From an uncultured Bacteroidota bacterium (GTDB taxonomy: Bacteria > Bacteroidota > Bacteroidia > JABEUT01): DNA of 64,000 nucleotides. The stretch's first letter is position 1. Every line of letters begins with the position of its first letter. Both the position numbers and the translations under genes were made by a program. Below the pieces are notes generated by a model that saw nothing but the letters and a program-made list of their open reading frames with translations, had not been told where the DNA came from and ran no database searches. The DNA is taken from positions 68,869 through 132,868 of the forward strand of contig CAIPDV010000042.1 in the NCBI GenBank assembly GCA_903863935.1. Direction: 5' to 3'. This document shows, in pieces, positions 50,665 through 60,021 of the stretch.

Positions 50665-51726
50665 ATGAATAATCCCGGGTTAAGAGAAATAGAAGAGATA
50701 AGGAAGATACCCATGCTTCTAATATTCGGGAAAGGTCGTTCTGGTACTACATTATTACAATCTGTGCTTAATGCTCATCCGAGCGTTGTAGCTCCACCCG
50801 AATCTAAATTTATGATGGTGCTTTATCCCAAGTTCAGAAGCATAAAAAAATGGAGCGAAAAGGATGCATTAAGTTTTGTTGAAGAAGTATTCAATTTTCC
50901 GACTTTCAACAACCGCTGGCACATGGATAAAGAAGTTGTAACTTCCTATATTATGGCTGCAAGGGAACAACTTGATTATGCACTGGCCTGCAAAATTATC
51001 TATTATATATGGGGAGAAAAAAGAACCGTACTTTATTTATCAGATAAAAATCCGGATTATTATCTATTCACTAAAAAACTATTCAAACTTTATCCCGAAG
51101 TAAAATTCATACATCTGGTTAGAGAACCAAGAGATAATGCGCTGAGTACATTTAAGGCATTCGAGAGCAAAAGCCCATTCTACGCAGCATTTAAATGGGT
51201 TGCAGTAAATTCCATTATGGATAAGCTGGTAAAGAAAATGCCCGGGAAAGGAATTACAGTTTTTTATGAAAACATGGTGGAGAATCCCGAGGCCTTTTTT
51301 AAAAATATCTGTGGCTTTCTGGATATACCTTATGTGCCTGAAATGCTAAACCGCGATATGCCTGAAAAGTTCTACAAAGACAAAACGGTAATGGAAGCAA
51401 TTTTAAAAAAGCAGAATAAACTTTTCACCCCTATCACTCCATCTTCAGTTGGGAAATGGAAAACCGATTTAAAGCCATTCGCCATTGCAGTTACTGAGAA
51501 AATTACGGGGAAATATGCATTAGAAAACTATAAATACACAGTAGGTTCTGAAGAAGGAAAAAATGTTTCAGTAAGCTATTTTAAGATTCTAAAGGGAAGC
51601 TGTATTTATTACGGATGGCAAGCATTTACTCGCTTCCGCTATACATCCTTCAGATTAAATAAAACATATTCATGGTTGAGGCGAAAACTAAGCGGGGGCA
51701 AGCTATTGCCCTGGCAATATTACTAA
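50665..51726 (+). CDS. PAPS-dependent sulfotransferase (5 of 5)
   Basis: GRSGTTLL, PPES, DKNP, HLVREPRD. Confidence 0.88.
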   Translation: MNNPGLREIEEIRKIPMLLIFGKGRSGTTLLQSVLNAHPSVVAPPESKFMMVLYPKFRSIKKWSEKDALSFVEEVFNFPTFNNRWHMDKEVVTSYIMAAREQLDYALACKIIYYIWGEKRTVLYLSDKNPDYYLFTKKLFKLYPEVKFIHLVREPRDNALSTFKAFESKSPFYAAFKWVAVNSIMDKLVKKMPGKGITVFYENMVENPEAFFKNICGFLDIPYVPEMLNRDMPEKFYKDKTVMEAILKKQNKLFTPITPSSVGKWKTDLKPFAIAVTEKITGKYALENYKYTVGSEEGKNVSVSYFKILKGSCIYYGWQAFTRFRYTSFRLNKTYSWLRRKLSGGKLLPWQYY

Positions 51727-52910
51727 GCAGTTTTTGCAACTCTGAATCGCTTGCCGAAAGAAAGAAGCCTTTTCTCGAATAATTGATAAGATACTGCCGC
51801 TATGCCAATTGTTGAGAGTATTGTAGTCAAATAGTAAATCAAATTCATTTGCCACCCGGCTATTTGCCTGCCAGCTATTTTTTCAATTAATTCCATAGCC
51901 AAAATCCTCATGATTGGGCTATACATATAGAGCCCATACGATATTTTCCCCAGATAATTCATCCATGGGAAATCAAGTTTAATAATGGATTTAGGATTAG
52001 CAGCAAGGTTAACAATAATGCACATAAAGAGAACAGAATACCATTCGTAATTCATACTGGGAAAGCTTTCCCGGCCAATGGCTCGTAACCCAATTCTTGA
52101 AAACAACAGACCAAGAGTTAAAAGGTATATCCCAAACTGTACATCTCTCCTGAATAAAAAAGAAAGCACTTTTTTATTTTCCGTAATTACCAAATACGCG
52201 CCTATTCCTCCAATAGCCATGCTGCTTATGCGGTATTGCACAGACATGCTTCGCAAGAACTTGAAAATATTTTCACTGGCCAACGAACCATTAAATAATG
52301 GCTCACATAGGAGCACTGCATTGCGGAGCAATATAATTCCCGCAATAATCAGTATGAACAATTTTAAATAATTCTTTGCCCTTTTTAAAAATAAAGGCCA
52401 GCACAAATAAAATACTTCTTCTACCCCGATTGACCATATAGGGCCAATCGTTTGCGGAAGTCCGGTAGCAGTCCTCACGATTGGGCTTAAGAACAAAATA
52501 CAACCGATAAAATACAGCCAAAAATGTTTATAAATATGAAATGAATACGCGGTACTGAAATAGGCATCTAAATGTGGCAACACAAAAAAACCTAAAATGA
52601 CAATTAAAAAGTAAAGGGGCCAAATACGTAATGTTCTGCGTAAATAAAATGCCTTAAGGTCAATAGTATTTGTTTTCTTCTTTTCCTGAAGCAACAGGAA
52701 TGTTATCAGAAAACCACTGAGCACAAAGAATAATGTCACGTCCATTTCTCCCGTAGGATGGAAATAGCGGATCCATGGAATCACCTCCCGGCCATGCTTG
52801 AATTTAATGTCCTCAATATGAAGAATGATAATAATGAGCGAGCCTACGAACCTCAATCCGTCCAGATTTGGGAAGTATTTCCGTTGATTTGGACTGAGAT
52901 CTTTTTCCAC
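51723..52910 (-). CDS. Acyltransferase family 3 (paralog of 40602..41738)
   Basis: FPNLDGLR, FFVLSGFLIT, RRTLRIWPLY, WSIGVEEVFY, LGKISYGLY. Confidence 0.88.
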   Translation of the reverse strand: MEKDLSPNQRKYFPNLDGLRFVGSLIIIILHIEDIKFKHGREVIPWIRYFHPTGEMDVTLFFVLSGFLITFLLLQEKKKTNTIDLKAFYLRRTLRIWPLYFLIVILGFFVLPHLDAYFSTAYSFHIYKHFWLYFIGCILFLSPIVRTATGLPQTIGPIWSIGVEEVFYLCWPLFLKRAKNYLKLFILIIAGIILLRNAVLLCEPLFNGSLASENIFKFLRSMSVQYRISSMAIGGIGAYLVITENKKVLSFLFRRDVQFGIYLLTLGLLFSRIGLRAIGRESFPSMNYEWYSVLFMCIIVNLAANPKSIIKLDFPWMNYLGKISYGLYMYSPIMRILAMELIEKIAGRQIAGWQMNLIYYLTTILSTIGIAAVSYQLFEKRLLSFGKRFRVAKTA

Positions 52911-52922
52911 TAAAATTAAGTC

Positions 52923-54014
52923 TTAAGCCGCGTTTGTTTTCAGGTTTTTTAACCTTTCTTTTTCTGCTTTCTCTTTCAGATAATCGTCTAGCTTTCCTGA
53001 TTCCGCAAGGTGTACAAGATTATTGTCCTTCTTAACCAATTTGTAGCTTTTCCAGATGGGAGGATGGAGGGCAAATAAATCTAAAAAGGTATATAACGGA
53101 GATATTTTGAAAGAGTAGAACGGTGCTACCCAACGGTACCCAACACCAATGGAGTCGGAACCATTTTTTACGGTATGCCAGTAAAATGGAGGGTTCCAGA
53201 ACACATCTCCCGGTTTAAGGCTAACGGATATCCCGTCAATATATTTATATAACTCATTCGGGGGACTGAAATCAGTATTGAAAGGATCGAAGGGCATATT
53301 ATTTTTGGCCCTGAAAGGCGCATTACGATAAATATTTCGTACCGGATCCGGGTCAATTATCGGAGTGTAATAATGGGAATATAAAACCCAGTTCTTTTCT
53401 CCGTAGGTCTGCACAAATAAATTTGGCGCATTAGCATTATGCAGATAAGAAACTGTTCCCTTCCCACCAATAAAAAGCTGAAAAGAATCAAAAAAAGTAA
53501 ACCCCTTTCTCCTCTCAAGAAGCCAGCTATAATCAAAGTCTTTAATGTGTTCCGGATGATGATCGAGCAATGGATAAAAACGATAGTACTTGCCACCTCC
53601 GCTCCGAATGTTATCAAGCACTTCGCCAAGGGTGGTGGTTTCGTAATTCTTCATATCCGATTGGTCAGTCACCATCATAATTTCATCTGAACCATGCAAC
53701 TCTTTAAAATAGTCGAGAGACCATTTCTTTACGCAATCCCATTCTTTTGCAGCACCCTCCATAACAACAGGAATGCCCTTCTTCACGTAGTGATTAAAAA
53801 ATTCTTCCTTACTTAGATTAGTTCTTCTATCAATTGGAAATATCTTCCCTTCCCCACTCTTTTTGAGGGTTTCAAGCAGATTACGGTAGAATTTTTTACG
53901 GCGTTTCCCAAGAAGTTTAAATACCCTTGCCCTACCAACAAATTGATCAAGGATTTGATATATCCCATATTCAATTCGTTGACCTGCTTTTATATTTCTT
54001 CTGAAATCGCCCAT
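52923..54014 (-). CDS. JmjC/cupin-8 Fe(II)/2OG oxygenase with HxA metal motif
   Basis: PVVMEGAA..W....KWS, LFIGGKG, LHNANAPNLFVQTYGEKNW, LKPGDV..NPP.YWHTV. Confidence 0.85.
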   Translation of the reverse strand: MGDFRRNIKAGQRIEYGIYQILDQFVGRARVFKLLGKRRKKFYRNLLETLKKSGEGKIFPIDRRTNLSKEEFFNHYVKKGIPVVMEGAAKEWDCVKKWSLDYFKELHGSDEIMMVTDQSDMKNYETTTLGEVLDNIRSGGGKYYRFYPLLDHHPEHIKDFDYSWLLERRKGFTFFDSFQLFIGGKGTVSYLHNANAPNLFVQTYGEKNWVLYSHYYTPIIDPDPVRNIYRNAPFRAKNNMPFDPFNTDFSPPNELYKYIDGISVSLKPGDVFWNPPFYWHTVKNGSDSIGVGYRWVAPFYSFKISPLYTFLDLFALHPPIWKSYKLVKKDNNLVHLAESGKLDDYLKEKAEKERLKNLKTNAA

Positions 54015-54053
54015 TAATACCTAATTAATACTGACAAATATAAAATAATTCCA

Positions 54054-55127
54054 TTAAGATTTTTGTGCGGCTTCTTGCTCAGCTTTATCTTTCAAATATT
54101 TGTCCAAATTACCATATTCCGCTAAATGTACAAGGTTTATATCCTTTTTATACAGTGAATATGACTTCCAAAATGGAGGATTGGTGGCCAGCATATCCAG
54201 GAACATATATAGCGGAGCTATTTTGAATGAATATAATGGCGGCAGCCAGCGATAACCGACCCCAATTGAGTCAGTATTGTTCCTGACACAATGCCAATAA
54301 AATGGAGGATTCCAAAGAACATCACCGGGATGAAGATGTACAGAAAGCCCATCAATATATTTATAAAGAGAGTAAGGTTTTTCATAGTCCGGATTAAATG
54401 GGTCGAATTGCCCTATATCATTTCTCTTAGGCCCATTACGGTAAACATTGCGAACTGGATCGGGGTCAATTATCATCGTATGATATTGCGAGTATAAAAT
54501 CCATTCCTTTTCTCCATAGACCTGAACAAAGAGATTGCATTGGTTCGCGTTATGCAAATCGGTTACAGAGCCTTTCCCCCCAATAAATACCTGGAATGCT
54601 TCAAACCATGTCCTTGGGTTTCTGCGTTCGCGCAACCATTTATAATCGAAATCTTTTAAATGCTCCGGATGCCTGTCCAGCAATGGATAGAAACGATAGT
54701 ATTTGCTGCCACCCGAACGGATATTATCGATAACATTTCCCAATGTTGTCTCTTCGTAAGGATAGCCCGGTTTATCTACTTCAACCCTAACAATCTTATC
54801 ATCTCCATGAAGGTCTTTAAAGTATTCTAGCGACCATTTTTTAACACAATCCCAATCTTTTGCTGCACCTTCCAAAACTACGGGAATACCTTTTTTAACG
54901 TATTCGTTGATAAACTCCTCTTTGCTTAAATTGGCTCTCCTCTGAATAGGTATTATTTTCCCTTCTCCACTCTTTTTAAGTGTTTCCGTAAGGTTTTTGT
55001 AAAATTTCTTCCTTCGCTTCCCAAGGAGTTTAAATACCCTTTTCCTTCCAATAAATTGGTCTAATATCTGATAAAACCCATACTCAATACGCTGACTTGT
55101 TTTAATATTTCTCCTGAAATCCCCCAT
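54054..55127 (-). CDS. JmjC/cupin-8 Fe(II)/2OG oxygenase with HxA metal motif (tandem paralog)
   Basis: VFIGGKG, LHNANQCNLFVQVYGEKEW, LHPGDVLWNPPFYWHCV. Confidence 0.85.
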   Translation of the reverse strand: MGDFRRNIKTSQRIEYGFYQILDQFIGRKRVFKLLGKRRKKFYKNLTETLKKSGEGKIIPIQRRANLSKEEFINEYVKKGIPVVLEGAAKDWDCVKKWSLEYFKDLHGDDKIVRVEVDKPGYPYEETTLGNVIDNIRSGGSKYYRFYPLLDRHPEHLKDFDYKWLRERRNPRTWFEAFQVFIGGKGSVTDLHNANQCNLFVQVYGEKEWILYSQYHTMIIDPDPVRNVYRNGPKRNDIGQFDPFNPDYEKPYSLYKYIDGLSVHLHPGDVLWNPPFYWHCVRNNTDSIGVGYRWLPPLYSFKIAPLYMFLDMLATNPPFWKSYSLYKKDINLVHLAEYGNLDKYLKDKAEQEAAQKS

Positions 55128-55248
55128 TTGAACAGCATTTATAAATACAAATGTAAAATAAAAACATAATTTATCACGTTAGTAGCCAAAAGCCTACCTT
55201 TTAAGCTGTGTATGGAAAATATTAACTTTGTGAAAATTACGTAAACAA

Positions 55249-56250
55249 TTGGGCGCTTATATTAAAGCTGTGAGTTATTATATGCCTGAAAAGGTTCTTA
55301 CCAATGAGGAATTATCGGTCATATTTCCTGAATTCAGTACCGATGAAATATTCAGAAGATCGGGAGTAAGAACACGTCATATTTCTGCTGAACATGAACT
55401 TGCTTCAGATATGGCTGTTGTTGCAGCGGAAAAATTGTTTTCGGAAAGTAGCATTCAAAAAAACGAGATAGGCTTTACTCTTTTTTGTGCTGAAATTTTA
55501 GATAGAACCGCACCTGCAACAGCTTGTATTTTGCAAAACAGAATCGGGCTTCCTAAACAATCTGGTGCAATGGACATCCCCATGGGATGTTCAGGCTTTA
55601 TGTATGGGTTATTATTAGCAAAATCTTTGGTTTGCAGCAATGCAGTCGACAACGTTCTTTTACTCACCGGGGAATGTGAAACCAAAACAATACACCCGGC
55701 TGACCATGAACTGCGTATGATTTTCGGAGATGGCATGGCAGCAACCATTATTAGCCGTAATGAAGATAATTCGATTGGTGATTTTGTAATTGGAACAGAT
55801 GGTAGTGGTTGGGAAAATTTAGCAGTAAGAGGCTGCAATGCCAGAGAATTAGCTAGCGTAGAGTGGCTAAAAGAAAATGAGAGTGCAGGTGGTATGCCTT
55901 ATGGAAGGCTTACTATGAATGGAACAGAAATACTTAATTTCACCCTGAAAAACGTGCCAAAAATGGTGAACGAAGTATTGGAAAAAGAGAAACTGACAAT
56001 GGACAATATCGACCTGGTTATTTTTCACCAGGCAAGTGGGTTTATGTTGGAAGTATTGAGAAGAAAAATGAAAATACCTAAAGAAAAATTCTTTACCAAT
56101 ATTGCAGAAAAAGCGAATACCGTTTCAGCAACTATACCCATCGCATTGCGCGATGCAATGGATGCAGGCCTTGTTAAAAAAGGGAATAAAGTTTTGCTCG
56201 CAGGCTTCGGTATTGGTTATTCATGGGGTGCTACAGTTATTACAATTTAA
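55249..56250 (+). CDS. 3-oxoacyl-ACP synthase III (FabH-like) #1
   Basis: MGCSGF catalytic Cys, FGDG, FHQA, ANTVSATIP, GFG.GYSWG; TTG start; promoter element TAACTTTG at 55223-55230. Confidence 0.88.
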   Translation: MGAYIKAVSYYMPEKVLTNEELSVIFPEFSTDEIFRRSGVRTRHISAEHELASDMAVVAAEKLFSESSIQKNEIGFTLFCAEILDRTAPATACILQNRIGLPKQSGAMDIPMGCSGFMYGLLLAKSLVCSNAVDNVLLLTGECETKTIHPADHELRMIFGDGMAATIISRNEDNSIGDFVIGTDGSGWENLAVRGCNARELASVEWLKENESAGGMPYGRLTMNGTEILNFTLKNVPKMVNEVLEKEKLTMDNIDLVIFHQASGFMLEVLRRKMKIPKEKFFTNIAEKANTVSATIPIALRDAMDAGLVKKGNKVLLAGFGIGYSWGATVITI

Positions 56251-56261
56251 TAAGAAGATAT

Positions 56262-56504
56262 ATGGGGATAGAAGATCTACTAAAACAATTACAAGCAGAA
56301 TTTGAAGATATTCCTGCAGGAACTTTAAAACCCGAAACTAAAATTTCTGATATTGAAGGCTGGGGTTCCATGCACGCATTGATAGTTATTGCGCTTGCCG
56401 ATACCGAATATGGCGTTACGATAAAAGGTGATGAACTCCGCAAAGTACAATCGGTTCAGGAATTATATGATTTGATAATTGAAAAACAAAAAAATCCGGA
56501 GTAA
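56262..56504 (+). CDS. Acyl carrier protein
   Basis: 80 aa, acidic; GWGSMHAL phosphopantetheine Ser motif; between two KAS III genes. Confidence 0.85.
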   Translation: MGIEDLLKQLQAEFEDIPAGTLKPETKISDIEGWGSMHALIVIALADTEYGVTIKGDELRKVQSVQELYDLIIEKQKNPE

Positions 56505-56510
56505 GTAAGT

Positions 56511-57566
56511 ATGGCATTTTTCTCGGTTGAAAATATTCGCATTAAAGGTATTGGCGCAGCCGTTCCTAAGAAAGAAATTTCTAATTGGGATTATACCTAC
56601 ATTTCAGAGTCGGACAGAAAGCTACTAATAAAAACAACAGGTGTTGAGAAGCGCAGATCTATTGGTGATAGCGGAGTAACTGAAACCGACCTTGCCAAAG
56701 CGGCTGCCGAAAAATTACTTATTGAAACCGACACACTTAAAGACGAAATTGAAATTTTAGTTTTTGTTTCTCAAACTCCCGATTACTTTTTACCTGCCAG
56801 TAGTATATTGTTGCAAAACCGATTGGGGCTAAAAAAGAGCTGCATGGCTTTTGATATTAACCTTGGGTGCTCCGGATATGTATACGGACTCTCTGCTATC
56901 AGTTCAATAATGAGCAGTGGCAAGTTCAAAAAAGGTCTTTTATTAGCAGGCGACACGTCTACCATTGGAACACCCTGGGAAGATAAAAGTGTTTATCCTT
57001 TGTTTGGAGATTCAGGCACTGCTACTTTGCTTGAATATGATGAAACAGCCGGAAAAACTACCTTCAGCCTGAATTCGGATGGTTCCGGATATGAGGCTAT
57101 TATTGTGCGAGACGGGGGGACAAGAAGCCCCTATACCAAGGAATCGTTTGAAATAAAAGAAAGAAATCAGGGAGTACTTCGTGCTGACCGCAACCTGGAA
57201 CTAAACGGGATGGAAGTGTTCAATTTTTCAGTAACTGTGGTACCAAAACACCTTGATGAATTTTTACAGAAGACTATTACAACTCCTGATTCATACGATT
57301 TTTTTGTAATGCACCAGGCCAATTTGCTTATGAATGAAACCATCCGGAAAAAATTAAAATTTCCTCCCGAGAAAGTCCCTTATTCCATACAAAAATTTGG
57401 TAATACAAGTTCGGGGTCCATTCCTCTAACCATAGTTTCTGAATTGAAAGATAAGGTTGCAGGTGAAAAAAATTTCCTGATGTCAGGCTTTGGAGTTGGC
57501 TTGTCATGGGCCACTGTTTCTCTGAAAACTAATAACTTAATTTGCACCGATATTGTTGAAATATAA
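56511..57566 (+). CDS. 3-oxoacyl-ACP synthase III (FabH-like) #2
   Basis: FDINLGCSGY, LFGD, MHQAN, FGNTSS, GFGVGLSW. Confidence 0.9.
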   Translation: MAFFSVENIRIKGIGAAVPKKEISNWDYTYISESDRKLLIKTTGVEKRRSIGDSGVTETDLAKAAAEKLLIETDTLKDEIEILVFVSQTPDYFLPASSILLQNRLGLKKSCMAFDINLGCSGYVYGLSAISSIMSSGKFKKGLLLAGDTSTIGTPWEDKSVYPLFGDSGTATLLEYDETAGKTTFSLNSDGSGYEAIIVRDGGTRSPYTKESFEIKERNQGVLRADRNLELNGMEVFNFSVTVVPKHLDEFLQKTITTPDSYDFFVMHQANLLMNETIRKKLKFPPEKVPYSIQKFGNTSSGSIPLTIVSELKDKVAGEKNFLMSGFGVGLSWATVSLKTNNLICTDIVEI

Positions 57567-57568
57567 GA

Positions 57569-58318
57569 ATGACTACGCCGTTTCATCTAACCAATAAAAC
57601 TATATTTATTACCGGTGCATCATCCGGCATTGGCAGGCAGATTGCCATTTCCTGTAGTGCAATGGGGGCAAAAGTTATTATCAGCGGGCGAGATGAAGAA
57701 AGGTTGAATGAAACCCTTGCATTACTTCAGGGAGAAGGGCATTCACAGTTTACTTCAGACTTGACAGATGAAAAACAACGCAATGATTTAATTGACCTGA
57801 TACCAGGTATTGATGGCTTTGTTCACTCTGCAGGAATAGTTCTTCCTGTTCCTGTTAAATTCATTGCAGAAAAACATTTGAGAAGCGTGATGGGAATTAA
57901 TTTTGAGTCTGCAGTGCTTACAGTAGCAAGGCTTCTCAAAAATAAAAAGCTGAATGAAAAAGCTTCGTTGGTTTTCTTTTCTTCTGTTTCGGTAAATCAT
58001 CCGTATAGTGGAGGTTCATTGTATACCGCATCCAAAGGGGCCATTGAAGCATACAGTAAAAACCTAGCACTTGAGATCTATCAAAAGAAAATGCGTTCGA
58101 ATGTAATTGTCCCTGCAATGGTAAGAACCCCCTTATATGAGGAAACCATTAACCAGGGCATGTACAGAAATGTTGAAGAATATGAAAGCAAATATCCCCT
58201 TGGAATAGGAAGACCCGAAGATGTTGCAAATGCGGCGGTGTACCTGCTTTCAGATGCATCGTGCTGGGTGACCGGAACAAATTTATTACTGGATGGTGGA
58301 TTTACAATTGGCAAATAA
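57569..58318 (+). CDS. SDR oxidoreductase (FabG-like ketoreductase)
   Basis: ITGASSGIG, YTASK, GRPEDVA, VTG..L.LDGG. Confidence 0.88.
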   Translation: MTTPFHLTNKTIFITGASSGIGRQIAISCSAMGAKVIISGRDEERLNETLALLQGEGHSQFTSDLTDEKQRNDLIDLIPGIDGFVHSAGIVLPVPVKFIAEKHLRSVMGINFESAVLTVARLLKNKKLNEKASLVFFSSVSVNHPYSGGSLYTASKGAIEAYSKNLALEIYQKKMRSNVIVPAMVRTPLYEETINQGMYRNVEEYESKYPLGIGRPEDVANAAVYLLSDASCWVTGTNLLLDGGFTIGK

Positions 58319-58329
58319 AAACTGTTGAA

Positions 58330-59259
58330 ATGGCTGAACAACCAAAAAAAATATCGATTGTAATTCCGGTTTATAATGCTTCTACAGTTTTGATAGAACT
58401 GCAAAAAAGGATTGACGGCGTTTTTAAAGAAATTAATATTCCTTACCAACTTGTTTTGGTAGATGATTGTTCCAGAGATGACAGTTGGAGCGTAATTAAG
58501 GAAATAAAAAGCCAATTTCCTGAAAACATTACCGCAATAAGGCTTGCCAAAAATTTCGGCCAGCATAATGCTATTGCATGCGGCTTTCATTATTGCTCCG
58601 GTGATTATATAATTACAATGGATGACGACCTTCAGCATCCGCCGGAAGAAATACCAAAGCTCATAAAAAAAGCTACTGAAAATGGTGCTGATGTAGTATA
58701 TGGTATATCAGATAAATACAAAAGGTCTTTGCTTAGAAATACAACAAGCATAGTATTTAAAGTTACCACGAAATATACTTCTGCCAGCACAGGTAATGGC
58801 TCTCCATTCAGGATAATCAAGAAAAGTATTGTAAAAAAAATCATCACGCACAATCAGCAATTTGTTTTTATTGATGAACTTATTTCATGGTACACCAAAA
58901 ATATTGAATTTGTGGTGGTAGACCATAAAGCCTCCGGTCTTAAAGCCTCACGTTACTCTGGTTATAAATTGATGAACCTTTACTTTAATTTGGTGTTCGG
59001 GTACAATGCCCTGCCATTGCGATTAATAACTTATCTGGGTCTTATTGCATCCTTCATTTCATTTTTAGTAGGGCTTTTCTTTTTTATCAAAAAGATGTTT
59101 TTCAATGTCAGGGTAGGATTTACCGGTATAGTTGTGAGTATAACTTTTACAGCTGGTATAATTCTCCTTAGCATTGGCGTTATTGGCGAATACATGCGCA
59201 GAATGTATAACATTCTTAATGCTCAGCCGCAACATTCAATCGGCGAAATTTTAGAATAA
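58330..59259 (+). CDS. Polyprenol-phosphate glycosyltransferase (GT2, ArnC/GtrB-like)
   Basis: ISIVIPVYN, VDDCSRD, KNFGQHNA, MDDDLQHPPEEIP, two C-terminal TMs, IGEY; start placed at MAEQPKK. Confidence 0.88.
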   Translation: MAEQPKKISIVIPVYNASTVLIELQKRIDGVFKEINIPYQLVLVDDCSRDDSWSVIKEIKSQFPENITAIRLAKNFGQHNAIACGFHYCSGDYIITMDDDLQHPPEEIPKLIKKATENGADVVYGISDKYKRSLLRNTTSIVFKVTTKYTSASTGNGSPFRIIKKSIVKKIITHNQQFVFIDELISWYTKNIEFVVVDHKASGLKASRYSGYKLMNLYFNLVFGYNALPLRLITYLGLIASFISFLVGLFFFIKKMFFNVRVGFTGIVVSITFTAGIILLSIGVIGEYMRRMYNILNAQPQHSIGEILE

Positions 59260-59260
59260 C

Positions 59261-59938
59261 ATGCTTATCCGCAAGTACGGAATCACCCTTAAAAGACTCA
59301 AGGAAGAGGATATTGAACTTGTGCGTGAAATGCGTAATTCTACTGTTATTTCAAGAACCATGGCTTATCGGGAACACATTACTCCTGAAATGCAGAAAAA
59401 GTGGTTTGAATCCATCAATAATAAATACAACGGATACTTTATAATTGTTTATGAGGGGAAAAAAATAGGCCTGATAAACGGCAAAAATATTGACTTTGAA
59501 AAAAGATGCTGTGAAGGCGGGATTTTTATCTGGGATGAACATTATAAAAACACAATTGTTCCCGGGCTGGCTTCCATAATCATGAACGATTGGACCTTCC
59601 TCATCATTAATTTTAATGTCATTTATGCGAAGGTTCTTCAAGAAAATGGCAATGCACTCACATATGACAAACTGATGGGATACGAGCCATGCCAGCCTCT
59701 GACAGATGAAAAAGGGGTGCAATGGCTAAAACTTACAAAGGAAAATTATTTACGAAAAGTGAAATTACTGCGAAAAAGTTTCCTGCAAAACTTTGGTGGG
59801 GTTGAACCATTGACACCCCTCGATGTTGATGCATCAGATGATTTGGGTAAAGAAATTAACCTCTTCTATACAGGACTCCCAACCGATATTCAGGAAAAAG
59901 CAGATGAGTTGCTGGAAAGAGCAAGAAGTAAGTCATAA
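59261..59938 (+). CDS. GNAT N-acyltransferase (PseH/RimL-like)
   Basis: L..L.EEDIELVR.MRNS, ITPEMQKKWF, AKVL.EN..A. Confidence 0.7.
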   Translation: MLIRKYGITLKRLKEEDIELVREMRNSTVISRTMAYREHITPEMQKKWFESINNKYNGYFIIVYEGKKIGLINGKNIDFEKRCCEGGIFIWDEHYKNTIVPGLASIIMNDWTFLIINFNVIYAKVLQENGNALTYDKLMGYEPCQPLTDEKGVQWLKLTKENYLRKVKLLRKSFLQNFGGVEPLTPLDVDASDDLGKEINLFYTGLPTDIQEKADELLERARSKS

Positions 59939-60021
59939 TTCCTAAATATTCTTAATTCTTCCCTTCTACTTCTTAATTTTTGTGTCTTATTACTACATTT
60001 GCAGTTTAACCACAAGCGGAT

